A program made the position numbers and the translations under genes. A stretch of DNA of 64,000 nt, from the NCBI GenBank assembly GCA_010093815.1, contig ML996566.1; one strand, given 5' to 3'. This stretch comes from Pseudovirgaria hyperparasitica (Eukaryota). Below are positions 12,724 to 24,809 of the stretch, one piece after another (the first letter of the stretch is position 1; each line of letters begins with the position of its first letter). The notes below the pieces were generated by a model, which had not been told where the DNA came from, did no database searches, and saw only the letters and a program-made list of their open reading frames with translations.

Positions 12724-14420
12724 GATGAGAGTTGTTAGCTATATAGATAAATGTATATACATTTCCAACACATTATAATGTGCATTCACTACCATTGACA
12801 TGTTCAGCTCGTTTCTGCAATCCTCTGAGCCGCAGTTGACCAGCTTCAGTCATGCTATGCACACATACATCATCATCAAAACACCATCAAACCCACGATC
12901 AGACTCCGTGCGCCATGGCATCTGTTGACAGCACATCCTAGCTATGGAGCTATCCTTCCCGCTTCCTCTCGCGCTCGAGTCAGTACATCGATCTCAGAGT
13001 CCAGCATGCCAGGGATGCGTGCCAGGGATCTCGCAGCTTTCGACATGTTCACATCCCCTCCTTAACATCCTGGTCCCACGCCGTTTGAGCCCAAGCACCG
13101 TGTGCGTGAGTTACGTACAGAACCTCTATTCAATTAATCAAGAAAGAAGAAAAAAAATGCGCTTTTTTTTATTCAGTCCTCAGATCTCAGTATTGACCCA
13201 CCACGAAAATTCCTCACAATCCTTCGCCTAGAGCTTTTCGACGACGGTGATCCGCACTCGCCGCCCTCGGCCGGGGCTATCTCCTGCCTGTACTTACAGG
13301 CGCAAAGGCCCGATTCGAGATCCCTGAGGCTCAAGCGTGCATGAGTCAGTCATGCATGGATATGTGATGTTCGTGTCATGGGCATTTCAACCCCATTTCA
13401 TCTCCATCAAGAACACTTTCTCAACGCACACCGTCCGTCCGTCATTGCTCTTCTTCCTAATTCCCCTAATAACTAACCCTATTTTACCTCCCGCCAAATC
13501 CGGACGCCGAATTAGGCTGTTCGAAAAGCTAGCGCTCTTCGGAATCTCCGGCTTCACGCTAACTAAATCAGTCAGCTGCTATGCATCATCTGCCGCGCAC
13601 TCTTGCTCGCTCTCGTGTTTCCCCTGACGACGTCGGGTCACTCGTTCGTTTCATTCGTTTGCGAGCTGAGCTGAGCGTTGCTGGAGACCATCTATCTAAC
13701 CACGACCAGATACCCACTTCCGGAGGCACGAAAATCCGATATCTTACCCTGCTCGAGGAATTTTGAATGGTGCTCATTTTGCAATGGATGCCTACATCAC
13801 CGGGGGATACACACCCTCTCTCCTTCCCCACACATACAACATACCCATGTCACATATCCCCAATCTGCCCCCACCCTCTAACTCTCAGCGCACGTGCTCT
13901 TCTAAATCTCCACATCCTGTGATGTCTGGGATGTCTTGGTAAGTTTTTTCTGGGGAGGAAACAAAAGTAGCCGTAATTTCGGTTGCAAGCTCCCCTAAAC
14001 TTTCTCCCTGTGGCATGATCTTCAGTCACGTTTGTTATTAACGAGACAGATGCAGAACGGAAGATGGAAGGGACGCATGCTTAAATCATGCATGAGTCAG
14101 CCGACTGATTTCTTCGGTTGTCACGGTAGTGATTGTGGTGAAAGAGTGGAAGGCTAGATTTGAAGCAAGGTAAAATCTGGACATCTACGAGCGAGAGAAG
14201 TGTGATATGAACAATTGAAACTTTATATGATAATATCAGAAAGTTTGACCGAGAAGCCTAAGTGGGCACCAATGTATGAAAGACAACGCAAAGAAACAAG
14301 TGTACTGATGTATGTAAAGAATCATTTCTATCATACTGGTACTACACAAACAGCATATACCAAGGTGAAGAATCCACAAAAGTCTACGATTGATACCATC
14401 GATCTTGCTGCCTTCCGGGC

Positions 14421-17103
14421 TCATACTTTCAAGGCTGGCGGCTTGAAAAGGTCGCCAGTGGTGACGGTACCGTTCTCAATCTTCTTGTTCACATATGCCT
14501 GCTTAGGCTCCGCCTCACTCCACCAGAAGTTGATATACTTACGGCCATCTTTGCAGGCCTCCCTGTCAACTTCATTGTCCTTGAATTCAGAGTCGCAGAA
14601 GGCGTTCATCACAAAGGTGCAGCTCCCATGCGCCCCTTCCGTGACGTTCGCCACCTGGTTATCACAGTGTCGGTGGTGCGTAGGCTGGAACTTTTTCTTG
14701 AAGGGGTGCACCCTTGCAACTTCTAGCCTGTCGTCTCCCAGAAGATCCTCTCCAGTAAAGCCCTCGTACTTGACAGTTTCGTCCTGGTCGTGTTGGGCAT
14801 GGCAGAAGTCTTGCATGTCGTCTGATGCCCAGAGTCGAGTCCTATTAAGGAACGGCTTGACTTCATCGAACTTGTCTGGGTAGCCCAGACCCGTTGCTGG
14901 GTCGAATTCGCCCTGGATACATGGATAGTTTTTACTGTCCAGGGAGCCGATAGACGATATGCTAGCACCAGAAGGATCCTTGGCAATAGGCATTGCAATG
15001 AGTCCCATGGGAAGAGTGTCCGTGTTTCCGATCTCCACTAGATAGTCTGCAAGACCTTTCGTATCGTTGAAAAGATAAGACACTTTAAGCTCTTGATCGG
15101 CGTCAACGTTTCCAAAAGCTTCATACCAGTTCAAAGACCCCCGGATGACTTCCTGTATTGGTTTCAGCGTTTGCATTTCGATTATCATGGCATAAACAAA
15201 CCTCCTTTGTGAGTCCACCATAGTGATCAGCCTCCCCGGTAAGGTTCATCCAACCAGCCGGGAGTCCAAGATTGCCATCTTTCTTCTGTGTTTCCTCGTA
15301 AGATGGATCGATCCAATAGATCCAGAAGGACTTTTCTGGGCGATCTGGAAGGTATACGCGAGCATCCAGGGTCCCTCTGTTATCCAACAGACACCCCATT
15401 GATGCATCAGCCATGACAACATAGACCCTCTCCAAGGTCCAGACTGTGAGATGTTAGACGGCTATCGAAATCGCAAGGATAGGATGACTCACAGTAGTGG
15501 AGAGCAATGGCAGAGTAAGCCTTGTCCAGGTGTAGCCGGAAATCCTCCAAGCGAGCGTTCATCGGCTCTAACCACATTCTTTTCGAATTAGCCATTAATT
15601 CAATTGAACCTGGTAAGGCTACTCACCCAGTCTCGAAGACCGTAGCCAGATGGTAGATGACATTTGCGTCTTCGCCATCATCTTGACCTACAGCGTATCC
15701 AGCAAGAATTCCCGCAAGGTCGTCCCGAGCAAAATTCATTTGTTCGTCCCGGGCCTTCCTCAACGATGCAATCAGAGGTATCTCCTCATCTTCAAGATAA
15801 TCACTGTTAATCTGTTAGCTGCTGTTCAAAAATGGTACAAACATGCCATACTCTGCCTCTATATCTATTTGACTGGCCATGAAGCCAAGACCTACGCCTA
15901 TGGCAGCGAAAATGGTCGAAAAAATAGCCAAGGCAACAGTAAATGGATTTCTCTTCAGAACCTGAGGTTCCCATACTCGATGCTTCAGAGATTTTGCGAG
16001 CTCTGTATAGAACTTGCCAAATTTGTCAGGGGCCACCCGAGTTGTCTCGTTGGCACCTATCCGGGTCACCCAATAGTCATCCGAGTCGTCCCCGGAAGAG
16101 GCTCTGGCTTGAACATTTGGTTTGGGTGCCAATTGGCCCTTTTGGCCCTTCCACAAGCCGGGTCCCGAGGATCCTATTGCCATAACCCCGCTGATCTGAA
16201 GGAAGATCTGGGAAATTACTTGGATCTGCAACTGCCGAGCTCTGTTTTCTGCAGCAATTCTGTTCAGCTTCTGTTGGACCTCGTTCTGATGCGTCATCTC
16301 AGGGAGAAGGGCCACGGCATCGCTCTTCATTTCCTCAATCTTTGTATACATCAGATGCATCATTTGTCTAGCGACATTGTTGTAATTCGCTATCTGCGAA
16401 CTGATCATCGATTCCATCTCTCTCACCTCCTTTGTAAGGTTTTGATTGAGGTGGGTGCAGTCAGGAATCTGTCGCACTGTTAGCTGACAGCTCAATTGCG
16501 ACGTCCCTGGATGTGTAGATCCTCCTAGTTGGCCATATCACGCCCAAGCGAGTAAAACTGTCTCTTGCTATTCTGGCTGCCCTTTTCAACAGTTGTCAAG
16601 AAGACAGGAATGGGCTCGCTCGCGATTGGCCATACAGTTCTTAGGGTACTTGCAGACGGGGAGTCACTTACCACACAAAGACCACTGCCATCACATACCC
16701 CGATGTTAGACTCTGGCTCATTAGGGAACAAGTCCCGAAGGTAGTCTGTAGAGAGCACCCCGTCGGGGCGTTCTTGACCGTACATAACCATCTTATTGAA
16801 GAGGTATTCTGTCCCATTCAATTCCAACCACCGCTGAGGCGAATGCCTCACAGGGAAATCGCATTGTGAAGAATTGCTCTCCAGCTGTTCGACCGCTGTC
16901 CTCACCACATTGCCCTTGGCTGGTGTGGTCTCGGCGGTTGGTCTGGTTGACCCGTTTGCGTCGGCAGGCCCAGTCGGATTCAATTGAGGTGGCCGATGAG
17001 GGCTGACTTGCAGTGCGGCGACTGCTTGAAAGCACAGGAACTGCACAAGCACACGGAGGAGGACCGCCAGGCGGGTTTGGACAAATTTCGTGGTACGGAC
17101 CAT
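14421..17103 (-). CDS. Large hypothetical secreted protein (~760 aa, 6 exons) of unknown function
   Basis: Several track ORFs join in phase through canonical introns at ~16470-16670, ~15805-15850, ~15580-15627, ~15443-15492 and ~15153-15202. Signal-like N-terminus (LAVLLRVLVQFLCFQAVAA), Cys clusters and two internal hydrophobic segments. Confidence 0.75.
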
Positions 17104-17989
17104 GGTGGCGAGATAATGGTGTAGCCAACGAAGAGGATTCGAAAGAGTATAGGAAGGATGGTGAGTAGTCAACGAAGAAGAGTTGATAGATTATAGGGGA
17201 TATTGGGAGTAGTCAATGAAGATGAGTTGAGAGAGTGTAGGGATTGTGAGTAGAAATCGAGGACCAGGACGCAGTATAAATACAAAAATGGATAGCAGGA
17301 GGCGGGACTCTGAGGACGTACTTCCCCTATTCGCATGATAATGCACACCAACACCAGCCTCTTCTTTCCAGACGAATGTATCAAATGACTCATTTCCACA
17401 GCTCTTTTGGTCGTTGCTGGTTAACGAGACCAGATTCTTGAGTACAGTCGCCTCGGTGGCAGGAGTAACAATCGTAGGCGCCATCGTCTGCAATGGAACT
17501 CTCTCAAAAGTGCCAGCCCCATTAGATTAGCCTCAAGACAAGGAACTACGATATGATCTTACACTTCAGACCGTATCACGTAGAATTGAATATACAATTA
17601 CTCGACAAGAAATCCGAAATGAATACATCGTTCACAGGGTCTACCATGCAGATCATATCGCAGGGGTCAGCACGTTTGCCATGTGTTACTAGAGGCACCT
17701 CAAACGAAATGTTCGGCCTTCGTCTGATGGTACCGTTCCGAACAATCTGCGTGGTATAACATCACTGGAACCTAGCATTAGAGCATTCCCAGCCTACCCA
17801 ATAGTGTGTACCGGTGTTACCACGATACTTTGACAGATTGGTATAAATAATCAGTAGCCGAAGCGGGTACCGAATACTCAATGTAAAAAGCATTACCTAA
17901 AATTCTGCTGCGAGAGAATCGATGATATTTGCGAAGTATTATGTAGTCTCAGCGCTGATGCACGCCTTGAACGCCTTTGTATGTATCCT

Positions 17990-18781
17990 TCATCGGAACT
18001 TTGAAACAATGACCGCTACAATCAATAAAACAAGAACGGTAATGATCGCTATCGTGATTATCCTATTCGTAGCCATCCTGTGGAGCTGTCAGTCAAGTGA
18101 TGCAGTCACACGACTATAGTTGAGGAACGCATTACCTACGAGCCATCCCTCTCAGAGTCTTAATGCTCCTATCTGTATAACCTTCGCTCTCGTCCAGAAC
18201 CGTTCTTGTGTGCTCGATTTGTGATCGCTGTACGTGAAGGTCTGCCAGGGTGTTTCTTCCAATGTCTTCCGTCTCTAGCGCAATGCGCTGGCTGTCTCTT
18301 AAACGTCCGCTGCTTCGCTCCAGACGCTCTGTGCCCGATAGAAGCTGCTGCCTTTGCTCGAGCTGATCATCCGTAGTTGGATTGTCGGTATATCGGGATC
18401 CAAACAGTGCCCGGCGGTCGTCAGTGAAGGATTTGAGCTTGCGCTTTGCTGCGTCGACGTCGCTTCGGTATCCGCGCAGCCGTTGGGCGACTTTTGACTT
18501 CATAGGACCAGGTAGCTCTGCTCTCTCCAAATCCATCTGGGCGATCTAAAAGCGTTGTATGTTAGTCATTGGTGTATCTAGTTCTAGCAGAGCCAACTGA
18601 CCAGTTCAGCGGCCTCTTCGAGGGCACGCTCGGCTTGAGTGACGGCTGCTTTGCGAGGCTCGCCGGCCAGCTCGGGGATCTCTTCGAGCTTCTGGTTTAT
18701 ATCGGCTTGAACCAGCTTCAAGTCGCCTTCATAGCCACTCAAGCGCTCCGAGCCAATTTCCGAATCAAGGATGTTAGACAT
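17990..18781 (-). CDS. VTI1: Vesicle transport v-SNARE Vti1
   Basis: Habc region (MSNILDSEIGSERLSGYEGD...), SNARE helix (QRQQLLSGTERLERSSGRL...ETEDIG), and a last exon encoding the TM anchor MATNRIITIAIITVLVLLIVAVIVSKFR*. Two introns. Confidence 0.93.
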
Positions 18782-19377
18782 TGTGAGAGGGGAGTTGGTG
18801 ATGGGTGTCTAATCGTTGTTCGTAGTCGTGTATGCTGTGCTGTATATGCGGCACTTTGGAAGGTAAGGCCAGACTTATTGACGACTGCGTAAGTGCTCGG
18901 AATGATGTGCGGCAAGGGAGGAAGGGTATTAGTTGTTGCCTTGATAGATGACGAATCCAGGGCCAGAGATGCGATGTTGTGTATTCCTCATGATGCAGCA
19001 CGGCCAAGCCGCGGCGTCTGACGATCATCACGTGCCCTAGCCCGGACCTCTGACAGACTTATGTAATCATCTCAGACCACTTGAAGCCTGAGGTACTGCA
19101 GTCTGTGTAGGTCTTCCCGGCATGAAGTATCAGACTCTGCGCCGAATCATTCATTCATAGTCGACTTTACGCCTCCCAGTGCTCTCAGAGCTCGTAGACC
19201 GCGATTCTACGTTAGCTGGGATAGAGATACTAGACCGAGTAAGGTAATTAGTCCAGGAACGAAAGCGAGTCCAGGTTTAGCGCCATGTCGCCCGCCGTCA
19301 TCGACTCCATGCCTGTCAACAACCAGCATCCATCTGGGTATACATGAAGATACCTCAGTCAACATAACAGACACTGT

Positions 19378-20954
19378 ATGCTGTCTTCTCGATCACCAAT
19401 GTCACGCAAGCGAATAGCCATTGTCGGCAGCGGCGTCTCTGGTCTCGGGGCTCTTTGGACGTTGAAGAATACGGATCATGAAGTCCATCTTTACGAATCT
19501 GAGTCCCGTCTTGGAGGGCACACCAACACGGCAATCTATAAAGGCAAATCTGGGGATATACCAGTAGACACTGGTTTCATTGTCATGAATACAGCAACTT
19601 ATCGTCCGTACCATCCAACACACCTGGTATCTATGTTCAACGTTCGACTAAACCCAATGCAGCCAATTTGATAGCTTTTCTGAAGCATTTGAAGATTGAT
19701 ACTGTGCCTACTGAGATGACGTTCGGTATCTCACGCGACCAAGGCGCATTCGAATGGGCCGGCACCTCTCTAGATGCCATATTCGCCCAACGTGAGAACA
19801 TCCTCAAGCCCTCCATGTGGCGTATGATCTTCGACATCGTGCGCTTCAACCAGTCCTCCCTAGACCTCCTCACCAACTCGACCGTATCTCCAGACCTGAC
19901 CATTGGTGAATATCTCGACCGCGAAGGCTACTCAGCTTCATTCCGTGACGACTACCTCATTCCCATGACAGCCTGTGTCTGGAGCACCGGCCCAGACAAA
20001 TGCGCCCTCGAATTTCCGGCCGTCACACTGATCCGCTTTCTTTGGAATCACCACCTACTCAGCACCATCACCACGCGACCCTCCTGGCTCACCATCCCGG
20101 GCGGCTCAAAGCGCTATATCGACACCGTCTTGCGCGACTTCCCGCCTGACCACGTTCATCTCTCCTCGCCCGTGACCTCCCTTCACAACACCCCATCCGG
20201 CAGCGTCCTCCTCACCCTCGCCTCCGGCGCTCAGCAGGAATATGACAACGTCCTCCTAGCAACTCACGGCAACCAAGCCCACGCCATTGTCCATTCCAGC
20301 GCCACGCCCACGGAAAACACCATCCTATCTGCCTTCGCAACAACACCCAACACCGCATATCTGCATTCAGACCTCACCCTGATGCCCACGCGCCGCAACA
20401 CATGGGCCGCCTGGAACTACCTCACCACCACCCCCTCCCCCAAATCTCTCCCTGACAACCCTGCCCACGCCCCCGCAGGCGCCCTCTCCAAGGTCTCCCT
20501 CACCTACAACATGAACATCTTGCAACACATCCCAGCCTCCCACGGCGACATCCTCGTCACGCTAAACCCGCCACATCCGCCCGCACCCGCACTCACACAG
20601 GCAACATACGAATACGCGCATCCGCTCTACAACCCAGCCATGGTCGCCGCACAGGAGCGCCTGGCCGAGATACAGGGTACGCGTGGTGTGTGGTACGCCG
20701 GGGCGTGGACGGGATATGGCTTCCACGAGGATGGATTTACAAGCGGGTTGCGGGCGGGCGTGGCTATGGGTGGTCGGGTTGCGTGGGAGGGCGGTAGGGT
20801 GGTCGACAGCAAGTACTCGCGAGGCCAGAAGCCGGTAAGGACTTGGACGGATCATGTGCTCAGGATCGTGCTGGAGGCGATCCAGATTTTGATTGTATTG
20901 GTCGTTGGTATGGGGCGGGCGCGGGCGGTTGGGAAGATGGACAAGGCTGCATAG
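19378..20954 (+). CDS. FAD/NAD(P)-binding amine-oxidase-fold protein (COG2907-like)
   Basis: Dinucleotide motif IAIVGSGVSG, RLGGHTNT, DTGFIVMN, GAWTGYGFHEDG and a C-terminal hydrophobic helix. One intron at ~19603-19662. Start at 19378 or 19399. Confidence 0.88.
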
Positions 20955-21400
20955 GGCTATGTCGGGCTGCGTAGGGCTGCGTGGTTTGTGAGCGCGCGAA
21001 TACAGGGGTACTATCCTTTTTGGAACGATGGCAAAGAGATAGTGTATGGATGGATTAGACCGACCACAGACAGGATTCTTAGGTGCACAGGCCACAGCAG
21101 AGAGTAGACAATAAATACCGCCACCGCCACACCCTAACAATCATAACATCGTCTCCATGCTACTCGACAACGGGAACAACTAAGCCTGGCTCTTCTAAGT
21201 CATTGGATGAACTCTATGATAATATGGTACATATCTTATCAACTTATTTAGATGGAGCTTGTACAAGTCCGAATTCGTTTCTCCCTCACAATGTCCAGCC
21301 TGCCAACCACATTCAAACCTTCACGATCACATACTACACATTCCCATCTCCGCCCCTTCCGCCCTCCTATGAGCCTGCCTCCATCCCAGCCTCACCCGCA

Positions 21401-22192
21401 TCACCACGTCCTATTCCTCTTCACTAGCTTCCCAGCCCGACGCGGTTCCCGCACACCCGCCGCATGCCAAAGCCTCGATCCCCGCCTCGACGTATCCCCA
21501 TACACGCCCTCTTTCTGCTCCCAAGGCTCCATGAGCCCAAAGCTATCCGCGCGGACGGCTGGAACGGCTGGGCCGGTCGCTGGGAAGTTTGCGGGTCGAG
21601 GAGGCGGGGCAAAAGAGCGCTGGGATGCGTGACGCTGGGGGTGTGTAGGATGGGAGGCGAGAGGGTTTGGTAAGGAGTTGGGAAGTATGCGCGTGCGGCT
21701 GCTGCTGGTGCTGGTGCTGGTGCTAAGCTGTGATGTCGTTGGAATGCGTATGAGGGGATCGGCTAAAGGCCATGATCGAGTGTATAGTGAAGTGTCGGTG
21801 CTTATCACAGTTGAGCCTGAGAGGGTGCTTAAAAATGAAGCGCCGTCTACGTCCTGTGAGCGATCTTTGGGCGAGAGTATCATGTCCTCTATTTCACACT
21901 CCGAGGGCGCAATTGGCGACAATGTAATCTCCAGACAGAGAGATTTCCGATGAGAACTCGGGAGAAGCGGGGCATCCTGTGACCGCCTGACTTGCAGGAA
22001 CTCTGGAGAGATCGGAGGGAAGCTGGGTATCGAACAGAGGCGAGGACATTTGGTTTTGGCGGCTCCAACGACGGCTGGTGCCATCGAACTGTACCGAAAT
22101 CCTTGCACAGCAGATTTGGACGGTTGTGATGCTGACTTTAGCCGCCGGGATCGATAATGAATCAAGTTGCGAAATCTTCTTATGATGTTCAT
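21401..22192 (-). CDS. Hypothetical Ser/Pro-rich, probably disordered protein
   Basis: ~260-codon open frame with no recognised domain; start uncertain. Confidence 0.45.
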   Translation of the reverse strand: MNIIRRFRNLIHYRSRRLKSASQPSKSAVQGFRYSSMAPAVVGAAKTKCPRLCSIPSFPPISPEFLQVRRSQDAPLLPSSHRKSLCLEITLSPIAPSECEIEDMILSPKDRSQDVDGASFLSTLSGSTVISTDTSLYTRSWPLADPLIRIPTTSQLSTSTSTSSSRTRILPNSLPNPLASHPTHPQRHASQRSFAPPPRPANFPATGPAVPAVRADSFGLMEPWEQKEGVYGDTSRRGSRLWHAAGVREPRRAGKLVKRNRTW

Positions 22193-22406
22193 GATACAAA
22201 TTGTTGATGCCAAAACACTCAAGCCTGTGGTTACTTATCGAAATGTGGCAAATCCTGATGCCAATGTTGTTGCATCACAGTCGTGATATACTCTAGCATA
22301 AACAACGTCTCCACCGAACAGTGATAAATCTCCGCATTGTCATATTTGTTTCGGTGACTTTCTGTAGAACAATGGCGAATCTTTATCGCAGAGGGAAGAA
22401 ATATCA

Positions 22407-24809
22407 CTAATGCACGCCCTCCAATAGCTGTGGCGCTCCGTGCTCGTTCATTTCGGTTCCAGAACGCAGTCGTTTTGTCTTGTACCGGCAACATGGCTCT
22501 CCACAAAGACATACTTTATCCAGTCCTCCCCAATATCGATCGGTATAGTCGACAGTGACTTCTTCTCCGACTGCAATGCCTTTGCTGACAAGGACCACGC
22601 GAACAGTGTCCATCCAAGCGAATTGCTGGAATTGGGCGTTGGGATTACATGAGTGGTTAACGAAGCGTGTATAGTTTCCGTATCGTTTCTGATATATCTG
22701 GAAGATACGATTTGTACTGGGTGAGGTAGCGGTCATGACGTCCGTATTCGCGAGGGAATGCGTGAGCAAGCCCGTAAACTCTCCAATTGACGTGCCTCGC
22801 TCAAAAGGCTGAAAGATCATTAGTTACATACAATTCCATCATTGTTCTTGGATGTAGACTCACCACAAGCGCTACAAGACCATTGTTCTTGCCATTGTGT
22901 GTTCTCATGACTTGTACTGGTACTGGATTTCGTTTTGAACTTCCGAATAGATTCGGAAAACAATGGCAGTCGTTATCCTTTGGATTGTCAGACTGGCTCC
23001 CAGTGCACGTACGGCAGATGTGTTTGTTTGGCGCCCCTGGGTTCGTGGGTGCAAGCCACCGAGGGTCTTCGCAACCCCAGGCTGTCTCATCTACAATGGA
23101 CTCGTCAATATGCTCAAATGTGAATTGAGGGTCCCACTGTAGATACGTAGCTCTTAGAGGGATCGGGTCGTCGCCACTCTCGAAAACTACCCAGTCATGT
23201 TGGTGGCCCTCGTATATGTGGTCTGAACGCTCCCCAATAATGGATAGAAGGTGCCGCCAATGAGGATGCAATGTATCGGCTGCAACCTCGAATCGACTTC
23301 GTAGATTTCGAAGACGCTGCATCGCCTCCTTGTCGAACCCTACGCGATACTTGCAGAACCGATATAATCCCATACCTGAGAATACCAAAGCAGCCCATCC
23401 GCCAGCCTCCTTGACTTCTTGATATCCGCGCCAGATCGCCCTTGACATGTCAGGAAAACCGTCGAGGATATGCGGTTACTTACGTCTTGTTTCGAAGCTC
23501 TTTCTCGGTCCAGCCAAAATGTTGACAGGCTTCCATGATTGCAGCTTTACGATGTTTGTTGATTGAGATTTCAGGCGTGGCACACGCGAGCGCTTCTACC
23601 CTCGCGTCGAAATGCTCCATCCATCGAGTCTGCACAATGAGTTCGACTGACCTACAAGCACGACTCGCTTGAGTAACTTTGCGACAAAATACACTCATCT
23701 GAGAGAAAGTGTCATTCGCTGCTACTAAGTGGGAGGGGATGCCGTTTGCGAATTCTGCACCATTGTCAGTATCAAAAAAGATCAAGATCGGAAAAAGAAA
23801 TTGGATAAGCAAGTTATCTAAATCACGATTCCTCCTGCAGGATTTTGATGTAGCTCAGACGTAGAAATTCGAGTGTCTCGGATCCGTCTATTTTATCCTC
23901 TATACCGAGCTCATGTGCCACTACTCTCACGGCTGCACGGCCACGCCTCTACTAAACCCACATCGTTCACAACTGCGGTACCTAGACAAGAGACAAAGGA
24001 CAGAGTGAACCTACCAATAGATCCATTTTTTGGTTGGTCAAGGGATAGCCGATATGAGTCGAGCTGTATGGTGTGTTAAGAGGTGCATACTACAGATTTT
24101 GGCACGACAAGACTTGCAATGGAGTGAGGATCCAAGTTGATACTTCCATGAAGCTGTTCCCAGATCCCTATGACCAATTTGTCCAAACTTGATGGCTGCA
24201 TACATTGAGTTTCCGGACGGATCTTACGCCGTTTGGGAAAGGTATGATAGTCTAAGGCCAGCTGTCTCTGGGAATCTTCCACAGGATCGTTTTGAGTAAG
24301 CGACTTCAGAGCTGGAGCAAGTCGAAGACCTCCTGTAGGTTTCCTTGAAATCGGCTGCACTTTGTCTTCATCGCGGCGGACTGATGGTAGTGGTCGCAGA
24401 TGCTTCGATCCGTATCTACGTTCATGCCCTGGTGACGATGACGAGATCACTTCTGACTGTTCTGACGTCAATGGTTGTTGCCGGTCGGAAACGTCGTGTG
24501 TTCCGTCAGTCAAAACTGTTTGAGTTGATGGGGGTTTTGGGGTCAAGGAACTTCGCACATGAGACAAATCAAGTATTCTCTGGAAGATTGTTAGGTCAGA
24601 TACAGGTGCTGCAACTTCTCACTGACCGAGCCTAGGTGGTGAGATATGACAGGCTGTTCGGCAGTGGCATCTTGGCCGTCTTGGAGAAAAGCCTCCACTC
24701 GAAGGACGGGTTTTGCTATGCCATTGGCGACATGCTCTGATGACAACCGTGCGAAGAATTCTTGTATAGCTTGATTGATGGACTCGGACAGTCCTACGAC
24801 CTCCGACAT
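22407..24809 (-). CDS. SET-domain protein lysine methyltransferase with pre-SET-like Cys cluster and post-SET
   Basis: GNYTRFVNHSCNPN, GEEVTVDY, post-SET CLCGEPCC and upstream CRTC...CHCF. Six exons join in phase; the start is uncertain. Confidence 0.85.

Noticed and set aside
13290..13300. TACTTAC as a U1 snRNA 5' end
   Set aside because: It is not followed by CTGG or U1 stem-loops, and there is no Sm site at the expected distance.
14215..14883. 222-aa plus-strand ORF
   Set aside because: Antisense to the last exon of the same gene; no recognisable motif.
15650..16483. 277-aa plus-strand ORF
   Set aside because: Antisense to exons of the secreted-protein gene, which has consistent splice phases; no domain recognised.
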